The notes under the pieces are model-generated. The model did not search any database and was not told where the DNA came from. It was given only the letters and a program-made list of their open reading frames with translations. From contig OZ024740.1 in the NCBI GenBank assembly GCA_964016885.1, positions 198,090,001 to 198,154,000 on the forward strand: DNA of 64,000 nucleotides, written 5' to 3'. A program made the position numbers and the translations under genes. Positions 1 to 13,159 of the stretch are shown here, one piece after another. This DNA is from Eledone cirrhosa. Lineage: Eukaryota. Within the stretch, counting starts at the first letter, position 1, and the number at the start of each line of letters is the position of its first letter.

Positions 1-180
1 GTTAACCTCGGCGGGAATTGAACTCAGATCGTAAAGGGACGTAACTATGCTGTCATAATGTCAATTAAATATGTCATAATTGTTTCTACTTTAGGCACAA
101 GGCCAGCAATTACCCAGTACATTACTGGTACTTTATTTTATCGACCCCGTAAGGATGAAAGGCAAAGTTAACCTCAGCAT
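1..180 (-). mobile_element. Two partial copies of the dominant tRNA-derived SINE family
   Basis: Match to the full copy at 55098-55288 (gttaacctcggcgggaattgaactcag..., aattgtttctactttaggcacaaggccagc...). Confidence 0.85.
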
Positions 181-877
181 GTCATAATGTCAATTAAAAA
201 TACGCGGACGCGTTCTTAAATAATACAAATATTTAATAAAAAAAATTAAAATATAAGTTATTGTAAAACAAAAGTCCACAGTGAGTTGTTTTATTTACAT
301 TTCTAAAACTTCTAAATTCTTGATTATTTTCAAAATTCTATGTAAAAATATATCATGTGAGCTGAGTATTTCTATTGTTCGAATAGAGTCACATTTACAG
401 CTCATTGGATAAATAGGGATTCCTTGTAATTTGGAAGCTTCAGAAGTTCACTTACAACCACATGCACAGGTTCTATTTCACTTTAGATAATTTAATATAT
501 TATATTCTAAATTCACCATCGTTGTTTACGTGGTCCTTCAGAGCTCGTTCGACACAATATGTAACTTTATCGATAACTAGACTTTCTCTATTGAACCGAT
601 CAGTGAAATAGTTCTATAATCTATTTATAGAAAATATTTCAACACGTGATAAATTTTGGTCCCCATCTCTTTCAATGAAGTTGTAATGTGCCTATATATC
701 AGGGAACGTGATGCAATAACAATAATATAAAGTATTTGGTGACTGTTGCGGTCCGGTTCAGTATGCCGAATTTTGGAAGATTGGCCGACTGCGTTCGGAA
801 ATCAGGAGAACAGGCTGGTTTTCGGCTTAGTCTGTTTGCTCAGTTGTTTGTGGACTGATTGGAGCAATAACGGTTTT

Positions 878-880
<3 letters not shown>

Positions 881-971
<91 letters not shown>

Positions 972-1028
972 ACCCCCCCCACACACACACACACACATGC
1001 ACACACATACACACACACACGCACACAG
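881..1028. repeat. (CA)n microsatellite; representative of dozens of (CA)n, (TA)n, (AG)n, (ATGT)n, (TAA)n, (ATCT)n and (TTC)n tracts
   Basis: Directly visible; others include 7705-7796, 25532-25875, 43180-43300, 53760-54185 and 58470-58785. Confidence 0.98.
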
Positions 1029-1229
1029 ACCTTAGTTTTGTCTGATGCGATACTGCCAATTGCACCGATCTCCTAAATAAACCAGTATTATATCGTCGAT
1101 TTTAGATGGATAAACACAAATTAGATTTGATATCTTATTTAATAGAGTGGTATAGTTCAAAATACCTAATATTTTCTTTAGCTCTGTAAGTTCTGAGTTC
1201 AAATCTCATCGGTACGGAATTGGCTATGT

Positions 1230-1345
1230 TAGTCTCGTGAGCAGGGAAACGCTCTGCCAACGCGTCTCCCCCGCGATCCTCCGGGAAAACGCCTTCTCTA
1301 TTTTGTCTGCCGGGACCGTGGGGCGGCCACTACGTGGGATCCCGT
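1230..1345 (+). mobile_element. 3' fragment of CRE-type RLE non-LTR element
   Basis: ctccgggaaaacgccttctctattttgtctgccggg matches 52630-52665. Confidence 0.7.
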
Positions 1346-1947
1346 TTGCTAATAATAGTGAGAGATTGGTGGAGAGAGAGGGACGGAGCCAGTGAGTGAA
1401 AGAGAAAGAGCCTCAACGCACGCGTACACTTGATAAGTCATATCTGTTGTCATGTTCAAATATAGATGTAATTATTAGGTGATAGAGCCAGAGTCAAGAT
1501 AAAATGCTCCCTGTACTTCCAGTCTTTGAAGGACATTACAACAACAACAGAATAATAGTAAATACCACCAAACCAAACCAACTAAGTCTCACTACACAGA
1601 TACATTTACTCACCCTTAGAACAAAACAACTTTTAACACAATAAAACAATGTCCACCACAATTGACCCAGTTAGTTCAAGTTGATAGAACATTCGGTATG
1701 TATAAACTGAATATTTTGGTTAGTAATTACATTATGAACTGAGGGTGTTTCACTGGCAATACAACTAATCATGAAAGAATTTAATAATTGATACTGACAA
1801 ATCACCTGCTATAAAGAGATTCTCTCTCGTCATATTGAATTATCGCCTTTAGTAAATCAGATTATGTGCCTGGTATTCACCGATATTAAATGATTTGTTT
1901 ACCATAGCAGGGTCCACACACACACACACACGCGCGCGCGCTCTCAC

Positions 1948-2047
<100 letters not shown>

Positions 2048-2229
2048 ACACACACACATACACACACAAAGAAACCTGTGATAATATATGATTAGTAAAA
2101 ATACAATACGGATTTCATAAATACGTAAATAATTTGTTAAGAAATGTCAAACTTGACGACGTATCATTACCAGATATAAACAGTAGAAAAAATACATTAT
2201 TAGGAATCATTTACAAAAAAATACGTATG

Positions 2230-2537
2230 TTCTTCTGGTTTTATAATTTCACAAAGTTTTACCAATAGAGAGAGAGAGAGAGAGAGAGTCGGTTTCTAAC
2301 ATAGACACAAGACTCTCTCATTGGAATTTACACAACATCAACTAGGTAGATATGTATGTATGCATGCATGTGTAGATATGGATGTTATTGTATGTGTGGA
2401 TGTGGATGTTTTGAGTTATATGTGTGCTTTGCATCTGTACATGTGTATATGCAGTTATTAGATGCAACATTTTTGGAATGTTTTACATATTTGTACTGTT
2501 CCATTAATGGATTGTACTTGTAATTTCGTAACTAGTT
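2230..2537 (-). mobile_element. 5'-truncated 3' end of R4/Dong-like LINE family (ATGT-flanked)
   Basis: Near-identical to the 3' UTR at 4054-4320; both ends abut ATGT units. Confidence 0.85.
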
Positions 2538-2555
2538 ATGTATGTATGTATGTAT

Positions 2556-3070
2556 GTTTCTTGGTGAGGAGGGTGACTTTGGACATCCTGCAGGACTAAA
2601 AACAAAACCTGTCAAAGGGCAAAGGAGCTCGTAAGAGTCAATGGCCATCCAAAATCACCGGGAGAGATGATCCCTTAGCCTTTGTCAAGGCAGAATTCTA
2701 GGAGAAGGAAAACTCTGATATAACACCTGCAACTTTGATGGTATCCAATGATGTTGACTTGTTCTTCATTTTGGTAAATATCATCTTGGTTAAGAGAGTG
2801 GGACTGGCTTTGTGCAGTGCCTTTGCTCACTATAAAAGCTTCAGGGCACAGGCATTGCTTTATATCTGGAGATCTCTCTGCACTTGTCGTAACATGGTAC
2901 CATGGGCCCAGCACTATGTGTCAATAATTGTCACAAGTGTAGTGTTTGTACCAGAGTTGTCAAGTCGCTGGCTTGACTAAAAAGTCACACTCGTTCAGCG
3001 CTTCGGTAGGGGTTCTCCTACATGGATATAAAGTAGTGGCCGTACTCGAAAACGAGTTGGCAGCCACCAT
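2556..3070 (+). mobile_element. RTE-derived non-autonomous retroelement, family X, with (ATGT)n tail
   Basis: Four near-identical copies in the window (2556, 7797, 9505, 13160 minus). Retains a C2H2 relic CxxCTRVFKSLAGLKSHTRSAH and ends gcagccaccatgtatgt... Confidence 0.8.
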
Positions 3071-3152
3071 GTATGTATGTATGTATGTATGTATGTATGT
3101 ATGTATGTATGTATGTATGTATGTATGTATGTATGTATGTATGTATGTTTAT

Positions 3153-3952
3153 GTCGGATCACTCTTGAGTGTTACTGGTAACATGTAAACCAGTACAACC
3201 TGTCGTATGGTCGGGTCGTCGGTGACTAAACCGGCAAACCCACCAACTCTACTTGGAGAGGAGGGTGATTTTGGACACCCTACAGGACAAAAAACAAAAC
3301 CTGACAAAGGGCGGAAGAATTCATAAGAGTCAACGGCCATCCAAAAGTGTGTAAATATGTATATACACATGTACATATGTATGTATATGTGTATATACAT
3401 GGGCGCATGTGTATGTATATGCGCGGGGACATATAAATAGTCAGGCTGGACACCCGATCGCTCGGTTAAACCACTGGGAGTGAAGGATCCTTAGCATTTG
3501 TCAGGGCATTCTTCTAGGAGAAGGCAACTCAGGAAACTGGGATAACTCCGATATAAAACCTGCGACTCAGTAGTTACCGATGCTGTTGATCTTTTCTTCT
3601 TTTCGGGTTATAGCTACTGTCGTTCAGAGAGTGGGATTGGCTCAGTGCACAGTCTTTCCTCACTTTAAAAAAATATCTTCACGCACAGGCATTGCACGAT
3701 AGAATTAATTAATTGTTTCTACTTTAGGCACAAGGCCAGCAATTACCCAGTACATTACTGGTACTTTATTTTATCGACCCCGTAAGGATGAAAGGCAAAG
3801 TTAACCTCGACGGGATTTGAACTCAGACCGTAAAGGGACGTAACTATGCTGGAAAGCATGGCGTCCGACTCTCTACCGATACTGCCAAATGATTATTAAT
3901 AATGTTATATCGTGCAATGGCCATACTCGATAACGAAGGGACAGCCATCCTA
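3153..3952 (+). mobile_element. RTE-derived non-autonomous retroelement, family Y, interrupted by a SINE
   Basis: Diverged homolog of family X (ggagagggtgattttggacaccctacaggac, ttagcatttgtcagggc, gcacaggcattgc). The 3' end ggccatactcgataacg...cagccatc is shared with 8645-8678 and 10267-10296. Confidence 0.72.
3710..3890 (-). mobile_element. tRNA-derived SINE inserted in family Y element
   Basis: A-box (tggcagtatcgg) and B-box (gagttcaaatcc) on minus strand; absent from the paralogous site at ~8610-8635. Confidence 0.9.
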
Positions 3953-4053
3953 TATGTATGTCTCTCTTTCTCTTAATTTCGAGTATAATTTTGACCGGCC
4001 ACCTTTCAGGTGGCAAGGTTGTAATTGAAAAGAAATTGTATGTATGTATGTAT

Positions 4054-7000
4054 GTTCTTCTGGTTTTATAATTTCACAAAGTTTTACCAATAGAGAGAGA
4101 GTCGATTTCTAACGTAGACACAAGACTCTCTCATTGGAATTTACATAACATCAACTAGGTAGACTATGTCTGCATGTCTGCATGTGTAGATATAGATGTT
4201 ATTGTATGTGTGGATGTACATGTGTATATGAAGTTATTAGATGCACCATTTTTGGAATGTTTTACATATTTTTACTGTTCCATTAATGGATTGTACTTGT
4301 AATTTCCTAACTAGTTGTGTTCTTTCTGTTCCTGTGAAGCCTAGCTTCTGAGAAGATTTGTATTGAGGCAGTTATTAACATACCCCAGTGCGCCGATAAT
4401 CACAGGCATAAATCTGAAGGTGTAATCAGGGTGGAGTATCTGCAGATTTTCTAATCAGTTCTGCATAAATATTCTCCTTTTTACTTATATTTGATATTAT
4501 ATTGGCATCTGCTGGGCAGCTAATTTCCACTACTGTGAATGCTTTCTTCTCCCTGTCCCATATCCAAATATCTAGTCTGTTATGCCTACATTTTATTGGG
4601 GTTTTTACTGGAACATTCCACCAGTACTCTTTTATATTATGTACATGGTTGTCTACCATATTGCTGTAGCTTTTAATGTGTTTATTATCGGGGCTATCTT
4701 TTTTAAGAACTGTATTGTACAGTGTTTTAGCCACTACATCATGCCTCATAGGTAGATAGTACCGCGATGACATCTTTGGACAGCTGCTAATGACATGGGT
4801 GATATCCTCGATGTTAGCTCTGCAGCGTCTGCACTTGTTATCAGATCCAGATGTTTTGCCTACATCCCTATCTCTTTTGTGAATCAGGTATTTCGTGTTA
4901 ATCTTCTGTTCTTGGATTGCAAAAGCGTATCCTTCAAAGTGGGAGCTAATATAGCGGTTGTTGGTCCAAGATAGACTACTTTCCTTATCTATATTACTCT
5001 CACTCTGGAGCTTCCTGGAAACCTATCATGCATGATTTTCTGCTGATAAGCATGCAGTTTTTTATCCATGGATTCACTGCGATACTGCTGATAAAATTCC
5101 CTGGGTGTGAGTTTTTGATTATCACACAAGGAATATCTCTCGGTGAGTGCCTTCCCAACTCTCATGATCTTATCTGTTTCATGGAGATAGACTTGCTCGA
5201 GAGTCGGGCTCCTACGCTTCGAGGTTCGTAGATGTTGTCGGAGAGATATGATGCGACATTCAAATGCTGTCTGGACTGATGTTAGACCTCTGCCTCCCTG
5301 CTTACGTTTCGAGTAAAGGCGGTCTATGTCACTTTTGATGTGGAAGTTTCCGGTGTTGTTTAGTATTTTTCGAGTTCCAACATCAACCGTTTGGATTTCG
5401 TCTATCGTCCAATTGAGTATTCCAAACGTTGGTGTTAGGACAGGCACAACAAACACATTGTGAGCCACTGTTTTGTTTTGCGCAGAGAGTTCCGATGACC
5501 AAATCTTTGTTAATCGGGTGTAGTATTCCCTGGTTACGCGTTCTGTATTACAGATACCATTATAGGATATGTTCTCATCCCCAAGTATCAGATATCGATG
5601 AAACACTTAGGCCATTGATGACAATGTTGCTAGATTGGGTTGTTGTTTTCCCCCGCTTTACAGTCATGTATGAGCATTTATCTTGGCCAAACTCCATTCC
5701 TATATCCTTTGAGAACGGTGTAACCAGGTCAAGATTGTTCTTCCTCCCATCCATGTTCTTGGTATAGAGTTTCTAATCGTCCACAAAGAAATTATGGGTT
5801 AGGGTCGTATTTCTGTCTTTCTGTGAGCAAATGATGTACCCCTCACATTTCTTGAGCAGAAAGGACAAGGGGTTTATTGACAAGATGAATAATATCACAG
5901 AGAGACTGTCCTCCTGAAATATACCCCTGCGATATTTTATGTTATCAGTGAAAATAGAGTCCTCCCTCTCTGTCTTTACCCTTAGGATAGTAGCCCAAGA
6001 AGAAGGCAGCCTCTCTATGCCTCTGACAATAATGTCTGGAACTTTAGCAAGTTGTGAAGGGCCTCTATCATCCAAGAGTGGGGAACAGAATCGAAAGCTT
6101 TCCTGTAGTCCAGCCAGACTGTAGCCATATTCCTCCTACGTTGTCGCACCTCCGACATCGCAGTTTTTTTATTAGGAGTTGTTCAGCACATCCCCAAACC
6201 CCTTTCTTTCCAGCTGCTTGTTCATCTGTGATGATGTTATTATTTTCACAGTGATCTTGGAGGAATAGGTTCAGGCAGGTTGTATACATCTTATACATCA
6301 GGTTCTGGCATGCAATGGGTCGGTAGTTTTTTGCCAAGTGGGTGTCTTTGTTCTTGGGGACCAGTAATGTTTGTACTAATGTAAACCATTCTAGTATAAG
6401 TGTATCTCCCTCAAGTACTTGTTGGTAGAGGTCAGTTAGATACCTCCGATAGAATATCAGTCTTTTAAACCAGTAGCCGACAATCATGTCTCTTCCAGGT
6501 GTTTTCTCATCTTGGAGTTTTCCTTTCACAGTTTCAAGGGTATCCTCACTTCATTCGTATGTTTTTGTTGTAGTGTAGGAGCAATAGTTCTTTCGGATTT
6601 CTCTTAGCCACACTGCATCTTGGTTGAAATTCTTCTTTTCACCCCATATTTTGCTCCAAAAGGAATCTATGTCTTTCTGGGATGGGGGCTCAGGGACACG
6701 TATCATTTTGTTCTTCATATCTCTATAGACTGATGTTTGGTTTCGTCTGAATATTTTATTAATCCCTTTTCTCTCATCTACCTTCTTCGGGTATCGGCGT
6801 TTTTCGCTAACAGCTCTCAATTCTTGTTTGAGGGTGATCAGCTTATATTGGAGAGTTTTAGTTCTACTGTTATCAAACATCGTCTCTATTTGATTTTTCA
6901 CTCTTTGTTGGTGAGGAGTGAGGTTTTTTGTGTTTGTTTGCATGCAAGGAGCATTGTCACATATCCTATGGTTTTTCGTAGGTCAGCAATCTTTTTTTCT

Positions 7001-7705
7001 ATTTTAGTTATATATGATGGTATTTTTGATGGTGGTCTGTTCTTATTAATATCTCTGCTATCACCAAGATAATGCTTCACTGTCGTTGCTAAGGCATATA
7101 AACAGGCGTTGATTTGCCAAAATGTTGGGGTTTTTATCCGTCATAAATATTCATCCCCTATTTCGTCAATAACACGTAATATTTCATTATTTTTTTTTAT
7201 TTTTTTTTTTATTAAACATTGTCGTTTTAATACGTTCAGCAAGAGAGATATTTATACATGAATTAATTTCTCTCTGGAAGATTTCGTTGAGGGAAATTTT
7301 CAATTGTTTATACTTTTGATTATTATCATTATCGATAGTATTTTCCACAACAGACTTGGATGGTCCACGCGGTGTCAAATTTCTTCGATTATTATTATTA
7401 TTTCTTCAATTATTATTATTATCGATAGTGTTTTCCCCAGTATTCGAGGTAGACTTAGATATTACAGGTGGTGTCAAGTTTCTTACAGGCATAGTTGTTT
7501 CAAGGCGCTGTTCGACCTGGCTACTAGGAAGTCTAGTAGCATGGCGACCTGTAGAACCTGTTGTTGATCCCAGGTTTGTTGTAGGGGACTTAAAATTAAT
7601 ACTATTTATATTATTTTTACGTTCGACAAACATTGCTTGTTGGCGTAATTGCTTCGCTATGGGTGTATTTCGTCCCAGTGTAGCTTCATTCTCTTCATAT
7701 AGCCA
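4054..7705 (-). mobile_element. R4/Dong-clade non-LTR retrotransposon (RT + CCHC + restriction-like endonuclease), fragmented and 5'-truncated
   Basis: ORF pieces: KTPGRDMIVGYWFK, KNYRPIACQNLMYK, RRGIFQEDSLS, THNFFVDD, SDIDRLYSKRKQGGRGL, CRRC...THVISSC, RHDVVAK, R(P/L)DI.IWDREKK..VVEISCP. Multiple stops, frameshifts and an internal deletion; flanked by ATGT repeats. Confidence 0.92.
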
Positions 7706-7796
7706 ATGTATGTATGTATGTATGTATGTATGTATGTATGTATGTATGTATGTATGTATGTATGTATGTATGTATGTATGTATGTATGTATGTATG

Positions 7797-8390
7797 TCAG
7801 GTCACCAGTTGGTGCTACTGGTAACATTTATCCCAGTACAACCTGTCCCATGGTCGGGTCGTTGGCGACTAAACTGGCAACCCCACCAAGGTTTCTTGGT
7901 GAGGAGGGTGACTTTGGACATCCTGCAGAACTAAAAACAAAACCTGTCAAAGGGCAAAGGAGCTCTTGGCCATCCAAAATCACCGGGAGAGATGACCCCT
8001 TAGCCTTTGTCAGGGCAGAATTCTAGGAGAAGGAAAACTCTGATATAACACCTGCAACCCTGATGGTATCCAATGGTGTTGACTTGTTCTTCTTTTTGGT
8101 AAATATTATCTTGGTTAAGAGAGTGGGACTGGCTTTGTGCAGTGCCTTTGCTCACTATAAGCTTCAGGGCACAGGCATTGCTTTGTATCAGGAGATCTCT
8201 CTGCACTTGTCGTCACATGGTACCATGGGCCCAGCACTAAATGTCAATAATTGTCACAAGTGTAGTATTTGTACCAGAGTTTTCAAGTCGCTGGCTGGAC
8301 TAAAAAGTCACACTCGTTCAGCGCATCGGTAGGGGTTCTCCTACATGGATATAAAGTAGTGGCTGTACTCGAAAACGAGTTGGCAGCCTG
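7797..8390 (+). mobile_element. Family X RTE-derived element (longest copy)
   Basis: Starts straight after (ATGT)n 7705-7796; ORF 8063-8332 ends in a C2H2 finger NNCHKCSICTRVFKSLAGLKSHTRSAHR. Confidence 0.8.
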
Positions 8391-8406
8391 TATGTATATA
8401 TATATG

Positions 8407-8678
8407 TTTATATCGGAGTTATCCCAGTTTCCTGAGTTGTCTTCTCCTAGAAGAATGCCCTGACAAAGGCTCAGTAGTTACCGATGATGTTGATCTTTTC
8501 TTCTTTTCGGTTTATAGCTACTGTCGCTCAGAGAGTGGGATTGGCTCAGTGCACAGTCTTTCCTCACTTTAAAAAAAATCTTCACACACAGGCATTGCAC
8601 GATAGAATTAATTAATAATTATTAATAATGTTATATCGTGCAATGGCCATACTCGATAACGAGGGGGCAGCCATCATG
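8407..8678 (+). mobile_element. Family Y element with 5' inversion
   Basis: 8407-8469 is the reverse complement of ~3497-3557; 8470-8678 is colinear with 3567-3950 minus the SINE. Confidence 0.8.
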
Positions 8679-8689
8679 TATATATGTAT

Positions 8690-9487
8690 GTTATTCTGGT
8701 TTTATAATTTCACAAAGTTTTACCAATAGAGAGAGAGTCGGTTTCTAACATAGACACAAGACTCTCTCATTGGAATTTACACAACATCAACTAGGTAGAT
8801 ATGTATGTATGCATGCATGTGTAGATATGGATGTTATTGTATGTGTGGATGTGTATGTTTTGAGTTGTATGTGTGCATGTGTATATGCTTTGCATCTGTA
8901 CATGTGTATATCCTATTATTAGATGCAAACTTTGGAATGTTTTACATATTTTTACTGTTCCTTTAATGGATTGTACTTGTAGTTTCCTAACTAGTTGTGT
9001 TCTTTCTGTTCATGTGAAGCCTAGCTTCTCAAGATTTGTATTGAGGCAGTTACTAACATATCCCAGTGCCCCAATAATCACAGGCATAAATCTGAAGGTG
9101 TAATCAGGGTGGAGTATCTGCAGATTTCTCATCAGTTCTGCATAAATATTCTCCTTTTCACTAATCTCTGATATTATATTGGCATCTGCTGGGCAGGTAA
9201 TTTCCACTACTGTGCATGTTTTCTTCTCCCTGTCCCATATCATAATATCTGGTCTGTTATGCCTGCATTTTATTGGGGTTTTACTGGAACATTCCACCAG
9301 TACTCTTTCATATTATGTACATGGATGTCTTCCACATTGTTGTAGCTTTTAATGTGTTTATTATCGGGGCTATATTTTTTACGAACTGCATTGTACAGTG
9401 TTTTGGCCACTACATCATGCCTCATAGGTAGATAGTACCGCGATGACATCTTTGGGCAGCTGCTAATGACATGGGCGATATCCTCGT
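8690..9487 (-). mobile_element. 5'-truncated R4/Dong-like LINE (RLE domain + 3' UTR)
   Basis: ORF 9010-9297 RHNRPDIMIWDREKKTCTVVEITCP...PVIIGALG; highly similar to 4054-4810. Confidence 0.9.
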
Positions 9488-9504
9488 ATATGTATGTTTA
9501 TGTA

Positions 9505-10022
9505 GGTTTCTTGGTAAGGAGGGTGACTTTGGACATCCTGCAGGACTAAAATCAAAACCTGTCAAAGGGCAAAGGAGCTCTTAAGAGTCAATGGACATCC
9601 AAAATCACCGGGAGAGATGACCCCTTAGCCTTTGTCAAGGCAGAATTCTAGGAGAAGGAAAACTCTGATATAACACCTGCAACTCTGATGGTATCCAATG
9701 ATGTTGACTTGTTCTTCTTTTTGTTAAATATCATCTTGTTTAAGAGAGTGGGACTGGCTTTGTGCAGTGCCTTTGCTCACTATAAAAGCTTCACGGCACA
9801 GGCATTGCTTTATAACTAGAGATATCTATGCACTTGTCGTCACATGGCACCATGGGCCCAGCACTATGTATCAATAATTGTCACAAGTGTAGTGTTTGTA
9901 CCAGAGTTTTCAAGTCGCTGGCTGGACTAAAAAGTCACACTCGTTCAGCGCATCGGTAGGGGTTCTCCTACATGGATATAAAGTAGTGGCTGTACTCGAA
10001 AACGAATTGGCAGCCACCACCA
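9505..10022 (+). mobile_element. Family X RTE-derived element
   Basis: Near-identical to 2556-3070, with ATGT tail. Confidence 0.8.
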
Positions 10023-10039
10023 TGTATGTATGTATGTGC

Positions 10040-10296
10040 TGCCTAAGGTTCGATATTGGAAGTAAACACCATGCTCGCAATTCCTGAATGCAATATAGAA
10101 AACCATTGAAAAGTATATGGCAAACAGGGTCGGTGCTGGAATATCCCCCTGTTTCACTCCATTTTTTACTGAGATAGGCTCCGACATATTACCTCCGATA
10201 TTAACCCAAGCCTTCATGTCGTCATGGAAAGACCTAACTAAAGCAAGGAACTTACAGGGCAACCATGGCCATACTCGATAACGCGGGGCAGCCATT
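10040..10296. mobile_element. RTE (BovB-like) fragment with inverted RT segment plus sense 3' tail
   Basis: Minus: PCKFLALVRSFHDDMKAWV...VKNGVKQGDIPAPTLFAIYFS...GVYFQYRT (RTE RT). Plus: tail ggccatactcgataacgcggggcagccatt followed by (ATGT)n. Confidence 0.85.
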
Positions 10297-11299
10297 ATGT
10301 ATGTATGTATGTATGTATGTATGTATGTATGTATGTATGTATGTATGTATGTATGTATGTATGTATGTATCTATGTATGTATGTATGTATGCATGTATGT
10401 ACGTATGTGTGTGTTTGTGTGTGCATGTGTGCGCACACGCGTGTGTCTGTATATATAGGTATAGATGTATGGTTATAGAGAAACATGGTTTCTAACTGAA
10501 GTATTATAATTTGATATCCAGGAAAACATGGGATGGACGCAGAAAAATTTAAGTAAAGGAAAAAAATTATCTGCTTATTTCATAAATACAAATATCCCGC
10601 GTTTGAAAGCAACAGTTCACAATATTACTATTCGTAACAATTTGTTGAACGGATTACACATCCATCTATTTCGACGATAACAAATGAACCCATCTTCAAA
10701 ATATATCTATCGATCATAGGTCTGCTCGACTAGATGTGACTTTGTGCTTAACAGTAACAATTATAAACGAGAATAATACAATGAACACAGCTAAACATTT
10801 ATCAATATAATATTATTGTTGCACTTTATATAATAGAAACATTTAATTGAAAACTGTTGCCAAAAGTTTACTATTGTTCTAAATAAGTGAAGTATATATC
10901 TTTTACCAAATTCCAAATTGACGGGGTGCGTTAATAAATATATATGGTTTTCTTTAAGTTCATTACAAAAGTTATTAAGCATATAATTGCAAATTTGTAT
11001 TAATCATACGAGACAACGCAACACTGTTTTATTTTGAGTCAACTCACCTTGAAATTGTTAATCTATAAGTTATATAATACTTTTAAATTATCAAGCTACA
11101 GATAATAACTAGCATTTCTGATTTTAATTAAGACAGAATTCAATATTTTAGATAATTGCGAATGCTATTTTTGATTCGCTAAGAGCCTTTACGCAATTGA
11201 TCGTTGTATAACATTATAGATACATTTAGATAGATAGACCTTGAAGAATTCGAATCTAAAGAGATTATCTGACTGGTTAGCCAGTCAGATTATAGAGAA

Positions 11300-12331
11300 T
11301 ACATTCTCTATAACGCGATTATAGAGAATACATTGCTGAGGTTACTCTATATATCTGTCCGTCTGTGTAAACCCCTAAAACTCGAGATGTACCCGACCGA
11401 TTCTTTTCAAATTTTACACATGCATTACTTATATTTATTGAAGTGCGATGGGCTAAAAAAAGTTTAACTTTTTCAGCCATAGGCTCGCATTGGGCGAAAA
11501 ACCGCATTGTAAAGGCATTTTTAGGCGTGTTTGAGGAGTAACCTAAAGATAATCCAGCCGATTTCCTCGAAATTTGCAGCACACGTTAGTTAGTACTCGC
11601 GCATTGCTGTGGACTAAAAGCTTCCGATTCCATTAATGGTTTCTAGGAAATTTACGAATTAGCATTGGGCTTTACATGCCATTTACATTTTCAATATAAA
11701 CGCTACTTAAACATCGTAAGTAGCGTATAATATTTCGTTAAAAATTTGGTTTATTTAACAGAGGAAACAATACTTACTTACTTTTAAGCAGAACCATTTT
11801 AGGGGATTGAGGAAATGAGGAGGACCTTAAAATATTTGTTGGCGCCTTGTTGACTCTTCATGCTTTCATCACGCGCCAATCCGGGCCCTGTGTACATTGC
11901 CGTGTTATTGACACCTTAAAACTCACGTCTGTGCTACCTCTACTAAGACCCTTTTTGTTGCACCTACACCGCAGTCTGAACGCCCTGCGCAAGTATGCCG
12001 AACAGCGGTTGTGCTAATTCCGCGGTGACCCCCTTTTAGCACCTTTGTTGTTGTGTAAATGCAGTGCAACCAGTGGCGCCCAGCGTTTGTGCTAATTGCA
12101 CTATGACCCACTTCTGCAGCAGCTGCGTTTCCACGCTGATTTCGTCATCTCAATATCCCTACTTAAACGTACATCCCTATTTGGTTATCACATAATTGAT
12201 TACGTCGCATCTCAATCATTCCCTGAGAATAAGGGAATTCAAAAAGTACACAGCTACATTCCTCAACCTTTGTATATGCGTGTTGCTATTTCACGTTTCC
12301 TACCCCGTGCAACGCCGGGTCCTGCTGCTAG
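11300..12331 (+). mobile_element. Non-autonomous Helitron-like element
   Basis: 3' hairpin cccgtgcaacgccggg followed by CTAG|T (12328-12332); 5' region tctatatatctgtccgtctgtg...accgattcttttcaaatttt typical of such elements. 5' boundary approximate. Confidence 0.65.
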
Positions 12332-12632
12332 TCACCCATAAATATATGTAATAGCTTACTATATATTCATATTTGAATATCATTCAATTCATGAGGTTCG
12401 TATTGGAAGCAGGATTAACTGATATTTCTCACATATCGAAAAATTAACAAACTGTTTTCCCTTATACAAACAAATAATGATTTGATCTAGGCACACTGAG
12501 AGATTAAGAAGTTCGATTCGCAATGAAGCCATCGCGGGTTCGGTTCTACGGTCTTCACTAATCGCTTTACCATAACCTCAGAGATGATATACTTTAACAA
12601 CACACATACACACAGAGACACATACGCACGCA

Positions 12633-12719
<87 letters not shown>

Positions 12720-13073
12720 AATTCTGTAAATAGATACATCAAGAATTGTCTGTCAAGACATTGTCTCAAATAAATATCTTCTTATGAGTCTTTTACGAAG
12801 TACATGCAGATGTCTTCAAAGAACTTATCAACCCTGCGTTAGACAGCCAGTATACTCGGCAGGTGGGATCCCTTGTGGGATCCCGAAGGCTCGAGGTAAA
12901 TGCATCCCAGGAAGTCGAGAATGACGTTGGTTGTTAGTGTAGAACATCCATCTCTGACTGGATGCCTCTCCCTCATGATATTTTATTTTCTATATCAAGC
13001 GTTAAACTAATATATACTACCATTCGACTATATTGTTATCCAATCTTTTTTATACATTGACCTTCTACAGACA

Positions 13074-13149
<76 letters not shown>

Positions 13150-13159
13150 CATACATACA

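Noticed and set aside
7797-7890. HDV-like ribozyme at the 5' end of families X/Y (acc-tgtcccat-ggt ... gactaaactgg)
   Set aside because: No room for a P1 3' strand, and pairing is not conserved in the family Y copy.
2556-10400. CRISPR-like repeat-spacer array
   Set aside because: Repeats are microsatellites separating retroelement copies; eukaryotic context with no cas genes.
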